Origin: Candidatus Latescibacterota bacterium
GTDB lineage: Bacteria; Latescibacterota; UBA2968; UBA8231
NCBI GenBank assembly: GCA_965217585.1
Contig: OZ244561.1
Location: 1,856,001 to 1,920,000 of the forward strand
Reading direction: 5' to 3'
Length of the DNA stretch: 64,000 nt
Made by a program: the position numbers and the translations under genes. Shown one piece after another: positions 17,653 to 28,137 of this stretch. Under the pieces are notes generated by a model. The model did not search any database. It worked only from the letters and a program-made list of their open reading frames with translations, and was not told the origin of the DNA. The number at the start of each line of letters is the position of its first letter. Within the stretch, counting starts at the first letter, position 1.

Positions 17653-20640
17653 TCACTCGGTGTCAATTTTATAGTGAATCTCGCGACTCGTGCCCGCCGT
17701 CGCCGCAGGCTCAGAGTCACTCTCAGCCATCAGGCCCTGCCATTCTCGCCTAGCTTCATCAAAGCGCTTTTCCGAGGCATAGAGGTCGATCAGTGCTTTC
17801 TGGGTACCCATCAACTCCGGATTCAATTCCAGCGCCGCTTTGTAGTGAGCGACGGCTTCTTCCGGCTTGCCTTGGGCGGCGTAGAGGGCACCTAAATTGC
17901 TGCTGGAAAGGGCGAGATCTGGCCTCAGAGCCAGCGCTTTTTGGTATGTAGCCAGCGCCTCTTCCACGCGCCCCGCTTGGTGATAGGCAAGGCCTAAATC
18001 GTTGAGAACCACCACCAAGTGCGGAGCGCAGCGATAAGCTTGCTGGTAGGCCTCGATGGCTTCCTCGAGGCGGCCTCTGGAATGGAGCAAAGCTCCCCAG
18101 CCGTAATGCCCTAGTCCAAAATTCGGGTCTAGCTGCACTGCACGGCGAAAGTGCCATATGGCCCGGTCGAGGCGGTCCTGCCGGAAGTAAATGCGCCCGA
18201 GATGGAAATGTGACTCGACGTCTGTTGAATCCTCGTCAATTTTTGCCAAATATCGCTCTTCGTCAAGCTGCCAGTCCCGCAGGCGCTCAAAGATTCGCCG
18301 CTCGCTCTCGGCAGCATTGAGGTATCCTTGTTGTCTGTAGAGGCGGGCGAGATTGAGGTGTGGATGCGGTTCCCATGGAGCCCGGAGAGCAGCCTGTCGA
18401 AAAGCTGCGGTCGCCGCCGCCACGGCCCCTTCGCGGCGGTGCACCAGCCCCAGAAGGTTCTGACTCTCCCAGTCGGCTGGAGCCAGAGCGGAGATGCGTT
18501 CAAGCACCTGTTTGGCCCGGTCTGTTCGGTTGAGGCTGAGGTAGATGTCGCTGAGTAGCTTGTAGATTTTCACCGACGACGAATCTCGCAAAATAGCCAT
18601 TTCGAGGACCGCTGTCGCCTCTTCTGCTTTACCCAACCCCCCGAAGAGAACAGCGGCGACAGCGTATCTGATATCGAGGGAATCGGGCTGCAACTCAATG
18701 GCCGGTCGCAGGACATTGAGCGCCTCTTCGTAGCGTCCCTGTTCATAGAGCTCGACCCCTTTTCTCAGGTGGTCGGTTGCGGTCCAGCCAGGGGACGCGG
18801 CAATTCGAGGAGGATGAGGTTGCGCCTCGATCTCTGCGGCGGCCAGCGAAGCGACAAGGGGCTGTTGATTTTCAGGTTTTGCGCCGCCGTAACTGGAGAG
18901 GATGGCTTCAGCCGCTTCCACGACCACATGGTAGCGACCCAACGGGGGATGTTCGAGCCTCTGAGTGCGTCCGCTGGGCCAGTGTATCTCGATGTGGTCG
19001 ATCTGTGCTGCGCTCCCAAGCCCGAAGAGTAGCCGGGTGTCGTGCTGTGACAGATAGCCGTAGCCCCTGTGTACTTCGCGGGTCTGAATTTGCTCGCCGA
19101 CTGCCAACTGCACTCGGGCACCTATCGCATCGCGATTGCTTTCCACACCGACCAACTCCAATCCCAGCCAGTTGTTGCGGTTGTCGCGCCGATTTTCGAG
19201 CAAAGTCGGTGTGTCGTTCAGGTTTACCACGAGGATGTCGACGTCTCCGTCGTTGTCGTAATCGCCAAAGGCCGCGCCTCGACTGACTTTCACCAGCTCT
19301 AGTCCGATACTGGATGCACTCGATCGAAACAGACCGCCGACATTGCGATAGAACAGATTGCGCTGGGCGTAGCCAATGTCGGCGGTATTCAGGTCGGTCT
19401 GAGGATAGATGTGGCCGTTGGCCACGAACAGGTCCAGCCAACCATCGTTATCGCTGTCGAAAAAGGACGTGCTCCAACCCAGATACGGCCTTACCTCGCC
19501 GTCCAATCCAACCGCCGCCGTGGCATCGAAAAACGAACCATCGCCTTGGTTTTGATACAGGGTATTGGCGTCATCGGAGAAGTTGGTGACGAAGAGATCG
19601 AGATCGCCATCGTTGTCGTAGTCTCCGGAGGCGACGCCCATCCCCGCCTGCTCACGTCCATTCTCACTGAAGGCAACGCCGGCGAGCATGCCGACCTCGG
19701 TCAGGCTCCATTGGCCGTCGTTGCGGTAAAGCAAATTTGGCATCGAGTCATTGGCGACGTAGATGTCCTGATCTGCGTCGCCATCGAAATCCCCGAAGAC
19801 GATTCCGAGCGAGGGCTGCTTGTGGCGGGTAACTCCCGTCCTCTCGCTGACGTCCACAAAACCGCCAGCACGGTCATTGCGATACAGGACATTGGCCTGT
19901 GGCTCTAGGCCCATAGGTCCGCAGAAGACATCCAGTCCTTTCCAGACACACGGCCGCCATTCTTCCGAGGGATCTGGCAGATCAAATACGAGGTAATTGG
20001 CGACGAAGAGATCGAGGAATCCATCTGCGTCGACATCGCCGAAAGCGGCACTGGCCCCCCAACCGTCATCGCCCACTGCCGCCTGGACGGTCACTTCGGT
20101 GAAGTGCCCGCTACCCTCATTGCGGTACAGAACATTGGGGCCCCAGTAGGTGACGTAGATATCTACATCGCCGTCGTTGTCATAGTCTCCTATGGCACAT
20201 CCCATGCCCCAGCCCAAATAGCCTACTCCAGCCTCCTCGGTCACGTCTGCAAACAGGTCATCCGGTCCCTGGCCGGTGTTGCGATAGAGCCGGTTGCCCT
20301 TTTCAGGCAACGCCTCCACAGCCCCGCCGTTGACTAGGAAAAGGTCGAGGAGTCCGTCTCCGTCATAGTCGAAAAAAGCGCCCCCGCCCGCCATCGACTC
20401 GAGGATGAATCGCTGTTGCCGGGTTCCCGATGTATGGACAAAATCCACGCCGCTCTGGTCAGTGACATCAACGAATCGAAGAGCCGCCGGAGCCGCCGGC
20501 TCCGAGTGCCGCTGCACCTGAGTCTGTGCCGGGCTGCCCGCGAAAATCAGCTCTTCGCGGTTGGGCGAGCACGCTGCTCCGAGCCAGATGAAGACAAAGG
20601 CGCTTGAAATTCCGAGAGCATATCTCAAGTATTGCGTCAT
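17653..20640 (-). CDS. CRTAC1-family FG-GAP/ASPIC-UnbV lipoprotein with C-terminal TPRs
   Basis: GAAC lipobox; DYDGDG/DYDNDGD repeats; SNRDAIGARV...HWPSG; TPR tail. Confidence 0.88.
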   Translation of the reverse strand: MTQYLRYALGISSAFVFIWLGAACSPNREELIFAGSPAQTQVQRHSEPAAPAALRFVDVTDQSGVDFVHTSGTRQQRFILESMAGGGAFFDYDGDGLLDLFLVNGGAVEALPEKGNRLYRNTGQGPDDLFADVTEEAGVGYLGWGMGCAIGDYDNDGDVDIYVTYWGPNVLYRNEGSGHFTEVTVQAAVGDDGWGASAAFGDVDADGFLDLFVANYLVFDLPDPSEEWRPCVWKGLDVFCGPMGLEPQANVLYRNDRAGGFVDVSERTGVTRHKQPSLGIVFGDFDGDADQDIYVANDSMPNLLYRNDGQWSLTEVGMLAGVAFSENGREQAGMGVASGDYDNDGDLDLFVTNFSDDANTLYQNQGDGSFFDATAAVGLDGEVRPYLGWSTSFFDSDNDGWLDLFVANGHIYPQTDLNTADIGYAQRNLFYRNVGGLFRSSASSIGLELVKVSRGAAFGDYDNDGDVDILVVNLNDTPTLLENRRDNRNNWLGLELVGVESNRDAIGARVQLAVGEQIQTREVHRGYGYLSQHDTRLLFGLGSAAQIDHIEIHWPSGRTQRLEHPPLGRYHVVVEAAEAILSSYGGAKPENQQPLVASLAAAEIEAQPHPPRIAASPGWTATDHLRKGVELYEQGRYEEALNVLRPAIELQPDSLDIRYAVAAVLFGGLGKAEEATAVLEMAILRDSSSVKIYKLLSDIYLSLNRTDRAKQVLERISALAPADWESQNLLGLVHRREGAVAAATAAFRQAALRAPWEPHPHLNLARLYRQQGYLNAAESERRIFERLRDWQLDEERYLAKIDEDSTDVESHFHLGRIYFRQDRLDRAIWHFRRAVQLDPNFGLGHYGWGALLHSRGRLEEAIEAYQQAYRCAPHLVVVLNDLGLAYHQAGRVEEALATYQKALALRPDLALSSSNLGALYAAQGKPEEAVAHYKAALELNPELMGTQKALIDLYASEKRFDEARREWQGLMAESDSEPAATAGTSREIHYKIDTE

Positions 20641-20671
20641 AGCAGGCTACATTGCCGATTTTCCCAAGATT

Positions 20672-20746
20672 TCATCCGCCCTCGCTGCCGACGACGGGCA
20701 GTTCGACGGTCTGGCCCCCAGCCTGCAAGCGGGCAGTTTCCTCCAT
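20672..20746 (-). pseudogene. Possible citrate synthase N-terminal stub
   Basis: MEETARLQAGGQTVELPVVGSEGG* resembles type II citrate synthase N-terminus. Confidence 0.35.
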
Positions 20747-20795
20747 GTCTTGCTCTACTTTACCCCCTCTCGTAACCCCCTCTCGTAGTCGCTAA

Positions 20796-22475
20796 CTACT
20801 GGTGCGGAATCACCGGCAAGAGTACATGAGACGGATGTGTTCTGGAGTGTTGCACTGTCTGTTGCGCGCTGCGCATTTCAGTGTCCGTGCCGAGGTCGTT
20901 GCCAGTGTTGTGGTTTCTGTCGAAGCGCGGGAAATTGGACGAGGACACTTCGACTCTGATCCTGTGTCCCTGCTTGAAGACATTGCCGGTGACGGCGAGA
21001 TCGATCTCATACTGGTAGGTTTGATCGGGCTGGAGCAACTTGGGGGAGGTGAAGCCCTCGCGGTAGCGCGCCCGGACGATGCCATCGCAGAGATTCTTGG
21101 CGTATCCGCTGGTTGACACGTCCACCAGCTTGGCAGCCCAGTCGGTATCTAGCCCGTCTGTAGCCGCGTATAGAACGAGCTTGATCGGCCCCGTCACCTC
21201 AAGATCGGCTGCCAACGGCTCGCTGGTGTAACAGAGCACGTCGCCCCTCATCTCCACATCGCGCTGGTCGTACGGCCCCCAGGGCACAATATGGGGCGAG
21301 CAACAGTTGTTTCCGCCCACGGTCTGCACGGGAAAATCGGGATCGTACACAAAGTGATCCGCAGGCTCGTCGCCCAGCTCAACCGGCGACAGGCCACCGT
21401 CGCCCAACAGCGAGTTGGCGTTTCCAGCAGAGTGCAGATACCACTTTTGCCAGTCGGTCCTAGCCAGCGGCCATTCGCACTCATCTCTCCATTCATTGAC
21501 GCCCATTATGAAGAGCCGCAGCGGAGCCTCGCCAACGATGCCGTTGTCAATGCCCTTCAGCCAATAATCAAACCAACGCAACTCCAACGCCTCCAGGTCG
21601 TACAGCGAGTTCGCGCCAAAGTCGATGTCTCCCGTCTTGGTAGAAACACTGAGCGCGTGCGGCCAAGGACCGACGATGAGCTGACTTTGCCTAGCCTCGG
21701 GCGTCCGCCCATGCAGCCTTAGACCGTTGAAGTTGATAAAGGTGTTGTGGGAGTAGAGGTCGTACCAGCCTCCCATTATCAGGGCAGGGGCCGCGATTTC
21801 GCCCCACTTGTTTTCGACGTTGACCGAGTCCCAGTAGGAATCGTATTCGGTGTGCGTTACCCAATCCCGCCAAAACTGTAGGGTTCGGCCCGCCTGTTGG
21901 TCCATGTCGATGAGTGGGATAGCGCGAAAGGCCTCCGTCCAGTTGTGGTACTCAATGCTCTGAGCGGTGCGGCCATTGGTCCGCATTCCCCACGTGAGGG
22001 CGACGTTGAGTTGGAACGCCCCGCCGGGGTGAATGAGGCCCGAGTACAGATCGCCGCACATGACCCTTGGTGCCATGCACGTCAGGTGCTGGTTGCGGTG
22101 CGGCGCGCTCTGCCACTGCACCCATCCAAGGTAGGAGCCCCCGGCCATGCCGATTTTGCCGTCGCTCCACTCCTGCTGGCCAATCCATTCCTGCGTATCA
22201 AAACCGTCCGGGCCGTGGTTGAACAGCGCGTAGTGAACGCCGTCGGAGTCCCAGCGCCCCCGCACGTCTTGGATGACGCAGGCATAGCCGTTATTGGCGA
22301 GCCGCATGGCCTTCTCAATCATGAGTGGAGTGTTGTTGTCGTACGGCGTGCGCATTAACACGGTCGGGAACCTACCCGATACCCTCGGCAGATAGAGGTC
22401 GGAAGAAAGATCGACGCCGTCCCGCATACGCGTTGGGATGTTCAATCTCATATCGACTTCGTAGTTTGGCTGCAT
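20796..22475 (-). CDS. CocE/NonD-family serine hydrolase (S15/Xaa-Pro dipeptidyl peptidase-like)
   Basis: MRDGVDLSSDLYLP, RTPY, QDVRGRWDSDG, GGSYLG nucleophile, GGWYD, GPWPH, SSNFPRFDRN. Confidence 0.92.
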   Translation of the reverse strand: MQPNYEVDMRLNIPTRMRDGVDLSSDLYLPRVSGRFPTVLMRTPYDNNTPLMIEKAMRLANNGYACVIQDVRGRWDSDGVHYALFNHGPDGFDTQEWIGQQEWSDGKIGMAGGSYLGWVQWQSAPHRNQHLTCMAPRVMCGDLYSGLIHPGGAFQLNVALTWGMRTNGRTAQSIEYHNWTEAFRAIPLIDMDQQAGRTLQFWRDWVTHTEYDSYWDSVNVENKWGEIAAPALIMGGWYDLYSHNTFINFNGLRLHGRTPEARQSQLIVGPWPHALSVSTKTGDIDFGANSLYDLEALELRWFDYWLKGIDNGIVGEAPLRLFIMGVNEWRDECEWPLARTDWQKWYLHSAGNANSLLGDGGLSPVELGDEPADHFVYDPDFPVQTVGGNNCCSPHIVPWGPYDQRDVEMRGDVLCYTSEPLAADLEVTGPIKLVLYAATDGLDTDWAAKLVDVSTSGYAKNLCDGIVRARYREGFTSPKLLQPDQTYQYEIDLAVTGNVFKQGHRIRVEVSSSNFPRFDRNHNTGNDLGTDTEMRSAQQTVQHSRTHPSHVLLPVIPHQ

Positions 22476-22509
22476 AGTTGGCTCCGGTGGGTTGAAGTGT
22501 AGTCGTATC

Positions 22510-22803
22510 CTACTGGTTGCGAATCGCCTCGATTTTGGCATCGCGTTCGGCAAAGAGTTCGTTGCGGACTTTGCTCATTTGCTCCTGCACTTGGCGGCGC
22601 GCTTCGACGAGGGCCTGCGGGTCTGCACCCGTGGCCTGCTCTAGCTGCCCCTTGAGCGCGATCTCCTGCTCGGCCCACTTGGCCTCGTACTGCTTGCGCA
22701 CTTGGTCTATGGCCTCTTTCTGCTCGTCTGTCAGCTTGATCCCCTCTGCGCCCCCGACCGCCTCGTTGGCCTTTTCCATGGCCAGTTCAAGTGCCGATTT
22801 CAT
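22510..22803 (-). CDS. Small conserved helical hypothetical protein
   Basis: MKSALELAMEK... after GGAG; coiled-coil-like. Confidence 0.7.
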   Translation of the reverse strand: MKSALELAMEKANEAVGGAEGIKLTDEQKEAIDQVRKQYEAKWAEQEIALKGQLEQATGADPQALVEARRQVQEQMSKVRNELFAERDAKIEAIRNQ

Positions 22804-22958
22804 CGCAAACTCTCCTGTGTTGACATCGCCTGACAACGGGCTTAACATCGCAAAAAGATAGAGGCTGGCCGCAATCGCGACAAATTGCGTTACTCACCCT
22901 CTACCATCCGAGCAGGCAGCGACCTGCCGCTCCAACTCACCACGCCAAAAGGAACCCC

Positions 22959-23402
22959 ATGTCCAAACAGTGGAAAGTCTATCTATCCGGCGAGATTCAC
23001 AGCGACTGGCGCGAGCGCATCGTCCAAGCGGCCAGCGACCTGCCGGTCGAGTTCACCGCTCCGGTCACCGATCACTCAGCCAGCGACAACTGCGGCATCG
23101 ACATGCTCGGGCCGGAGGAAAGCAGCTTTTGGAAGGATCACAAAGGCGCGCAGCTCAACGCCATCCGCACCCGCACCCTAATCCGCGACGCCGACTTGGT
23201 GGTGGTGCGCTTCGGCGACCAGTACCGCCAGTGGAACGCGGCTTTTGACGCGGGGTTTGCCGCCGCCTGCAACAAGCCGCTGATCGTCCTCCACCCGCCC
23301 GAGTTGCAACACGCGCTCAAAGAGGTGGATGCGGCCGCGCTCGCCGTGGCCAATGCGCCCGAGCAAGTCGCGGCCGTACTGCGCTATGTCATTGAAGGGT
23401 AA
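22959..23402 (+). CDS. YtoQ-family protein (nucleoside deoxyribosyltransferase-like fold)
   Basis: VYLSGEIHSDWRE, DLVVVRFGDQYRQWNAAFDAG, HALKEVD. Confidence 0.88.
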   Translation: MSKQWKVYLSGEIHSDWRERIVQAASDLPVEFTAPVTDHSASDNCGIDMLGPEESSFWKDHKGAQLNAIRTRTLIRDADLVVVRFGDQYRQWNAAFDAGFAAACNKPLIVLHPPELQHALKEVDAAALAVANAPEQVAAVLRYVIEG

Positions 23403-23408
23403 AACAGG

Positions 23409-25988
23409 TCAGCGCAGCAAAATCATCTTGCGCTGCGCGCGGTAGGAATCGGCTTTGAGCACGTAAAAGTAGAGGCCGCTCCGGTAGCCGGCCGCGTCCC
23501 ACTCCACCTCGTGCCGCCCTGGCGGCATCTGCCTCTCCACCAGCCGCGCGACCTCCTGCCCCAAGACGTTGTACACCGTTAGTTGCACCAAGCCGGCAAT
23601 GGGCAAATCAAAGCGGATTTTGGTCGTCGGATTGAACGGGTTGGGTGCGTTGGGGTGCAGGGCGTAGCGCTCGGGACGCGGCTGCGCCCCCTTTTGCGCT
23701 TCGACTTGCGGGTCAGATCGCAGCTCTAACGTCCCCTCGCCCGCTAGCTCCAACACGATCATTTCGCCTTCTACGGCTGTGCCCAGCCATGTGCCGCCGA
23801 GCAAGCGCGCCGCGGTCCACTCGTTCCCCGCGTGGGGCATTTTTAACTGATAGCCCGCGCCGGGGCCGCGCACGAAACCCGCATAATCGTCTCGCTCCAT
23901 GCTCACGTCTATCATTTCGCTGGCGCGGAAGACCGTCTCTCCGTCGGCCAAAAGGTAGGTCGCGTCTTGGGCTGCAAAGCGGGTGAGCTTTCCATCGACA
24001 TAGCGGACATAGCCGAAGCGGGCGTCGCTGACCAAGTGCGCATCCGGCCCGGCTACAGTGCCCTCGGACGCATTGCCGTTGCGGAGCCAAGCCAAATCCC
24101 GCACCCCGGCCAACGTCACCACGGCCGCCTCGGCTCCTTGCGCGGATGCGGTCTCAAACGCCGGCTCGGCCTCCCCAATCGCCCGCGGATACAGCACCGC
24201 GAGGTAGCGCCCATCGACGCCCTCTTGCTGCACCCGCAATACCGCGTGGGTCTGCTCTTGGCGATAGTCAAAGGAGTGGATCGCCTCGCTCTCCAGCGCA
24301 ACCCGACCGGGTTGATCGGGCAAAAACGCCAGCAACTCGGCTTTTTCCCGCGTCCAACGCGCCAAGTTCCCCGCGCGGGCATACGCGCCCCCGCTGGTGC
24401 CACCGCCGTTGCCGTGCAGCCGCCACTCGTAGTCGTGGCGACGGCCCCGGTCGTCGATTTCGTCGGCTACGAGGAAGTAGCTGTGGTCGGCAAAAAAGAC
24501 CCGTCGCCTTAGCTCGACACCCCGGTAGGCAGTGCAGACTTCCGCGTAATCCCCAGCGGCACTCGTGAAGAATGCCTCGATAAAAGCGTCGTTGCGGTCG
24601 CCGCTGGTCCCCACCACGGGCAAGATCCGGCGCGGCGGTCCATTCCCATCGACCAGCACCACGTTGTGATTGCGGCCTTTGTTGACCTTGTCGTGGTTGT
24701 CAAAATTGATGTAACCCGCATCTAGGGCCAGCATTTCGCCGGCGGCGTAGAGCACAAAGCTGGTTCCGTCGGGGTGCTCGTGCGCGAACCCGTGCTCGCG
24801 TGCCGTGCCGTTTTCGCCGCGCAAGAGCATGTAGGTAGCTGCGGCCGACCAGTCGCTGCGGAAGACGGCGTCTCCAGCCCCTGGCATAAAAACCGACGGA
24901 CCGTGCGTCGGCTCTTGCGCGGGCACGCTGTCGTCGTACAGGGCGATGGCGTCCATCTCGGAGAACTGGCGCACGTACAAGCCGCGCTCGTTATTTTCCC
25001 AGTCCCAGCGATGGATTCCACCGCTGGCTTGCACGGCCGCTAGGTAATGCCCGTAGAAATCGTCTAAGTGGCCGTCGTCGATGTTGGGCCGCCGGCCATT
25101 GGGCAGCCGCAGGTTCAGGGACCACTCGTGCATCTTCTCGATCTTGGGATCGGCAAACAGGTCCAAGCCGGTGCGGTTCTTGAGCGCGAATAAGTAGGGC
25201 AAATAGACATCCGCGGCGTAGCGGCTGTAGAACGGCCCCTCTGCGTACCCCCCGTCCCGCTCTTCGATCTGGAAGTCGAGGCTGCTGGTGACCATCTCCA
25301 AGGCGCGGTCAGCCCATTCCAGCGGCGTGCCCTCGCCGCTGGAGTACTCGCTCAAGGCCATGGCCGCTAGCCCGAGGCCGCCGTACGCGCGGATGTGCCA
25401 GTTGTCGAGATGCGGGGTCTCGTGCAAGCGAACTTTGACCTTGAACGGCCCCAACCCCACCTTGCCAATCACGATGCCCTTCCACAGGCGGTCGGCTTCC
25501 TCGCCGAGAATCGACCGCATCGCTTGCAGGGCCTGGGGGTCGTTGTCCGCAGCATAGGAGTGCAGGATGTCGTAGGCCACGGCGTACTGGGCCACGACCT
25601 CGCCCTCGTTGTGCGGCTCGCCCAAATCGCCTCCCCTCGGCGGGAACGCGACTCCCTGCATCACTTCCAACGCGCGCTCGGCAAACGCGGCATCGGCGGT
25701 CATCAGCCAAGCGAAGGCGAGGGACTTGGCGTAGCGGACCTCGGCGCGCTCGTCGGCAAAGGTCGCCGGAGCGTTTTGCGCCCGCTGCAACACGGTCTGC
25801 CACCACGTGACATACGGTTCGCGCTGGATGCGCTCTTTGAGTAGGGGAATGTCTTCGGCGGAAAAAAGCAGGCCCGGATGCACTTCGGCAGATAGCGTCT
25901 GCGCGGCAGCGCCCACAGGCACGAGAGCCAAGGTGGCGCAAAGGGCCAAGGCGATCATAAACCCTCTAAAAGACGCGGCGCAAATCAA
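23409..25988 (-). CDS. Heparinase II/III-like polysaccharide lyase with type A T9SS-like C-terminal domain
   Basis: HPGLLFS N-domain, DNW, DGGYAEGPFY, FRSDWS, AHEHPD, HNVVLVDG; tail PNPFNPTT...YNVLGQEV...SGLYFY...RKMILLR; true start may be slightly downstream. Confidence 0.85.
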   Translation of the reverse strand: MICAASFRGFMIALALCATLALVPVGAAAQTLSAEVHPGLLFSAEDIPLLKERIQREPYVTWWQTVLQRAQNAPATFADERAEVRYAKSLAFAWLMTADAAFAERALEVMQGVAFPPRGGDLGEPHNEGEVVAQYAVAYDILHSYAADNDPQALQAMRSILGEEADRLWKGIVIGKVGLGPFKVKVRLHETPHLDNWHIRAYGGLGLAAMALSEYSSGEGTPLEWADRALEMVTSSLDFQIEERDGGYAEGPFYSRYAADVYLPYLFALKNRTGLDLFADPKIEKMHEWSLNLRLPNGRRPNIDDGHLDDFYGHYLAAVQASGGIHRWDWENNERGLYVRQFSEMDAIALYDDSVPAQEPTHGPSVFMPGAGDAVFRSDWSAAATYMLLRGENGTAREHGFAHEHPDGTSFVLYAAGEMLALDAGYINFDNHDKVNKGRNHNVVLVDGNGPPRRILPVVGTSGDRNDAFIEAFFTSAAGDYAEVCTAYRGVELRRRVFFADHSYFLVADEIDDRGRRHDYEWRLHGNGGGTSGGAYARAGNLARWTREKAELLAFLPDQPGRVALESEAIHSFDYRQEQTHAVLRVQQEGVDGRYLAVLYPRAIGEAEPAFETASAQGAEAAVVTLAGVRDLAWLRNGNASEGTVAGPDAHLVSDARFGYVRYVDGKLTRFAAQDATYLLADGETVFRASEMIDVSMERDDYAGFVRGPGAGYQLKMPHAGNEWTAARLLGGTWLGTAVEGEMIVLELAGEGTLELRSDPQVEAQKGAQPRPERYALHPNAPNPFNPTTKIRFDLPIAGLVQLTVYNVLGQEVARLVERQMPPGRHEVEWDAAGYRSGLYFYVLKADSYRAQRKMILLR

Positions 25989-26598
25989 AGCCCCACAGCA
26001 GGCCCAAGGTGATGTAGCCCTTGCCGACTAGGATCTTGAAGCCGCCGACGGTCCGGCCCGGAGCATCGAAAAACAACCCCAAGGTTCCATACGCCGTCCC
26101 TGGGTTTAGGTGGCGGTAGCCCAACCCGGCGAACAGCTTGCCCGGTCGGCCGGCAATCCACACTTCGTCGAGGACAATATAGGCCAGATCCGCACTGAGC
26201 GAGCGGAGCCAATCCGTGCCGCCCGAGCAGCGGTAGTCCGCCACGCGGTATCCAGTCCGCGCATCGTAGCAGTAGCTGCGGGTGGGAAAAGGCCGGACGT
26301 AACGCGGGTCGTAATCGTCGCCTTCGTGAAAGCTCACATCGAGCATATTGGCCGAGCAGATGAGGCGCAAGCGGTTGAAGACCGCCCTAAACCCCAAGGG
26401 AACGCGCACGCCCGCGCCGCGATGATCCAAGTTGATGAAACCTACCCCTACCGCAGCATAGTAGCCGTCGCGCTGTCGCTTGGGCACTTCCTCGGGCACG
26501 GCGTCTTGGATGCGCACGGCCTCGGCTCCGCCTGCCAACAGCAAGCCGATCCAGATGAGTTGTATGTATCCGCGCTGTATCACCCGTTTGTCCTCCAC
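25966..26598 (-). CDS. Secreted hypothetical protein, possible small beta-barrel
   Basis: Signal peptide AEA-V; alternating strands, Gly/aromatic-rich, terminal Phe. Confidence 0.55.
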   Translation of the reverse strand: MEDKRVIQRGYIQLIWIGLLLAGGAEAVRIQDAVPEEVPKRQRDGYYAAVGVGFINLDHRGAGVRVPLGFRAVFNRLRLICSANMLDVSFHEGDDYDPRYVRPFPTRSYCYDARTGYRVADYRCSGGTDWLRSLSADLAYIVLDEVWIAGRPGKLFAGLGYRHLNPGTAYGTLGLFFDAPGRTVGGFKILVGKGYITLGLLWGFDLRRVF

Positions 26599-26657
26599 CT
26601 ATACAATCTATAAGTCACTGCAAAAATGCCAATGGCCCCGTAGGGATGCGCACACGG

Positions 26658-26879
26658 CTACCTGTAGGTCAAGTCGAACACGGCGTCCGTCAGCCAGCGC
26701 TTGAAGCCCTCGTCGTCCGCGAATTTTTTAAATAACTGAGTATCGTCGTTGATCATGGAGTACATCACGCGCGACACCGCTTTGTCCAGCTCAATGCGTG
26801 CGTTCTGCCGGTCGGAGTTTTCCCGCGCGTTGCGGTACGCCGCATCCGCCGCCACGCGCTCTGGAATATCTTCGGTAAT
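26658..26879 (-). pseudogene. hsdR: Type I restriction subunit R C-terminal remnant
   Basis: ITEDIPERVAADAAYRNARENSDRQNARIE...DDTQLFKKFADDEGFKRWL resembles HsdR C-terminus; rest absent. Confidence 0.7.
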
Positions 26880-26895
26880 TTTTAAAAAAATGATC

Positions 26896-28137
26896 TTAAA
26901 AAAACATTAGAACTATTCCCCCAGGATACCAGCGAGCGGCGCTAGTGTTCCCTACTTTGTGGATCTGTCCCTTAATCCTCAACTCTTGAAGTAATTTCTG
27001 AACTTGGACGTACGAGAGGGCTGGCAACACCTGCCTCAGTTCCCGCAACTGACTCCCTTCTTTCCGGTTATCTTGAATGTGCTTCAGTAGCAACTCTTTG
27101 TGCGTGAGCCATACGAAGTGGTCATCCGTGTGGGAGACGTCGGGCAACGGCTTACTCTGCTGAATGCACTCGCGGAAGATGCGGTCAAACCCCTGCCCGG
27201 CCCGTTCGACCAAGCCGCATTTGCCGAGGACTTCGGCGATACGGCGATTGCGCGGATTTTGTTGCCGAAGGACGTTCTCAGGGGTGATGCCTGCTGGAAA
27301 GCCGCCAGGGCTGACGATCTCGATGCGTCGAGAATACTGGCGCACAAAGATGGAGCCTCCGTGGCGATAATCGCGGTGACTCACTGCGTTCAAGACGGCC
27401 TCGCGAACCACGCGCTCGTTGAACGTGGGCACATCCCAAATAAAGAGTCCTTGCTGAAAGTGTTGCAGGTCATTGCGCTGGTTGATGAGTCGCCAGATCC
27501 CGTCGAGTACAGGAAGAAAGCCCTGTCTGAACTCATGTCGTTCCGCCGCCGGTCCCGGCACTTCGTTAGATCGGTATTCAAAAATAAGCTCCGCTTGGGC
27601 GAAGTATTTGCCTAGGGCTTTGCGCGTGCCCAGCAGGATCAGCGCCGCGTACGTCACCTCGCCATCGACGAGCAATTCCGCATCTGTTAGGAGTTGCTCT
27701 ACGGGGCGGGCCGAAATGTCTTGGTCTGGTGACTTCCGCTGCCAGAGTTGACGCAGAACCTCCACGGCGATTGGATCAAGATCGTCCAATTGGGCAGACG
27801 TACAAATCTCAGACGAGAAATCGGGGCTGGCCTCGGCAAAGATGCGTTGGAGTTGATCTGGTGTCATGGGAACAAGAGCCTCGCCACCACGCATCCAATA
27901 CGCGCCTTTATACTGTATAGGCGTACCGATCGGACGGGCGGGGATTTGAAAGACCAGAACCCGACCGTTTCGGTGCTGAATTTCCTCGACATCAAAGCGC
28001 AACCGCAGTCGCTCAATCAGACCAGCCTTCGTCCGTTCGAGATTGGGAAAAGCTCGGCTACCAACCACCGTGCGCGGCAACTTGCACAGCTCGCGCACCA
28101 AACCGGCGAAATAGTCGCTGTCGCGGCCGGGGGTCAT
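26896..28137 (-). pseudogene. AlbA_2/Schlafen + HATPase_c_4 (RecG-C-like) + wHTH protein with apparent in-frame deletions
   Basis: REAVLNAVSHRDY, IVSPGGFP, PRNRRIAE, VERAGQGFD; N-terminus jumps from LCKLPR to VVGS, lacking the usual EFK...ALAN...GV AlbA core. Confidence 0.6.
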
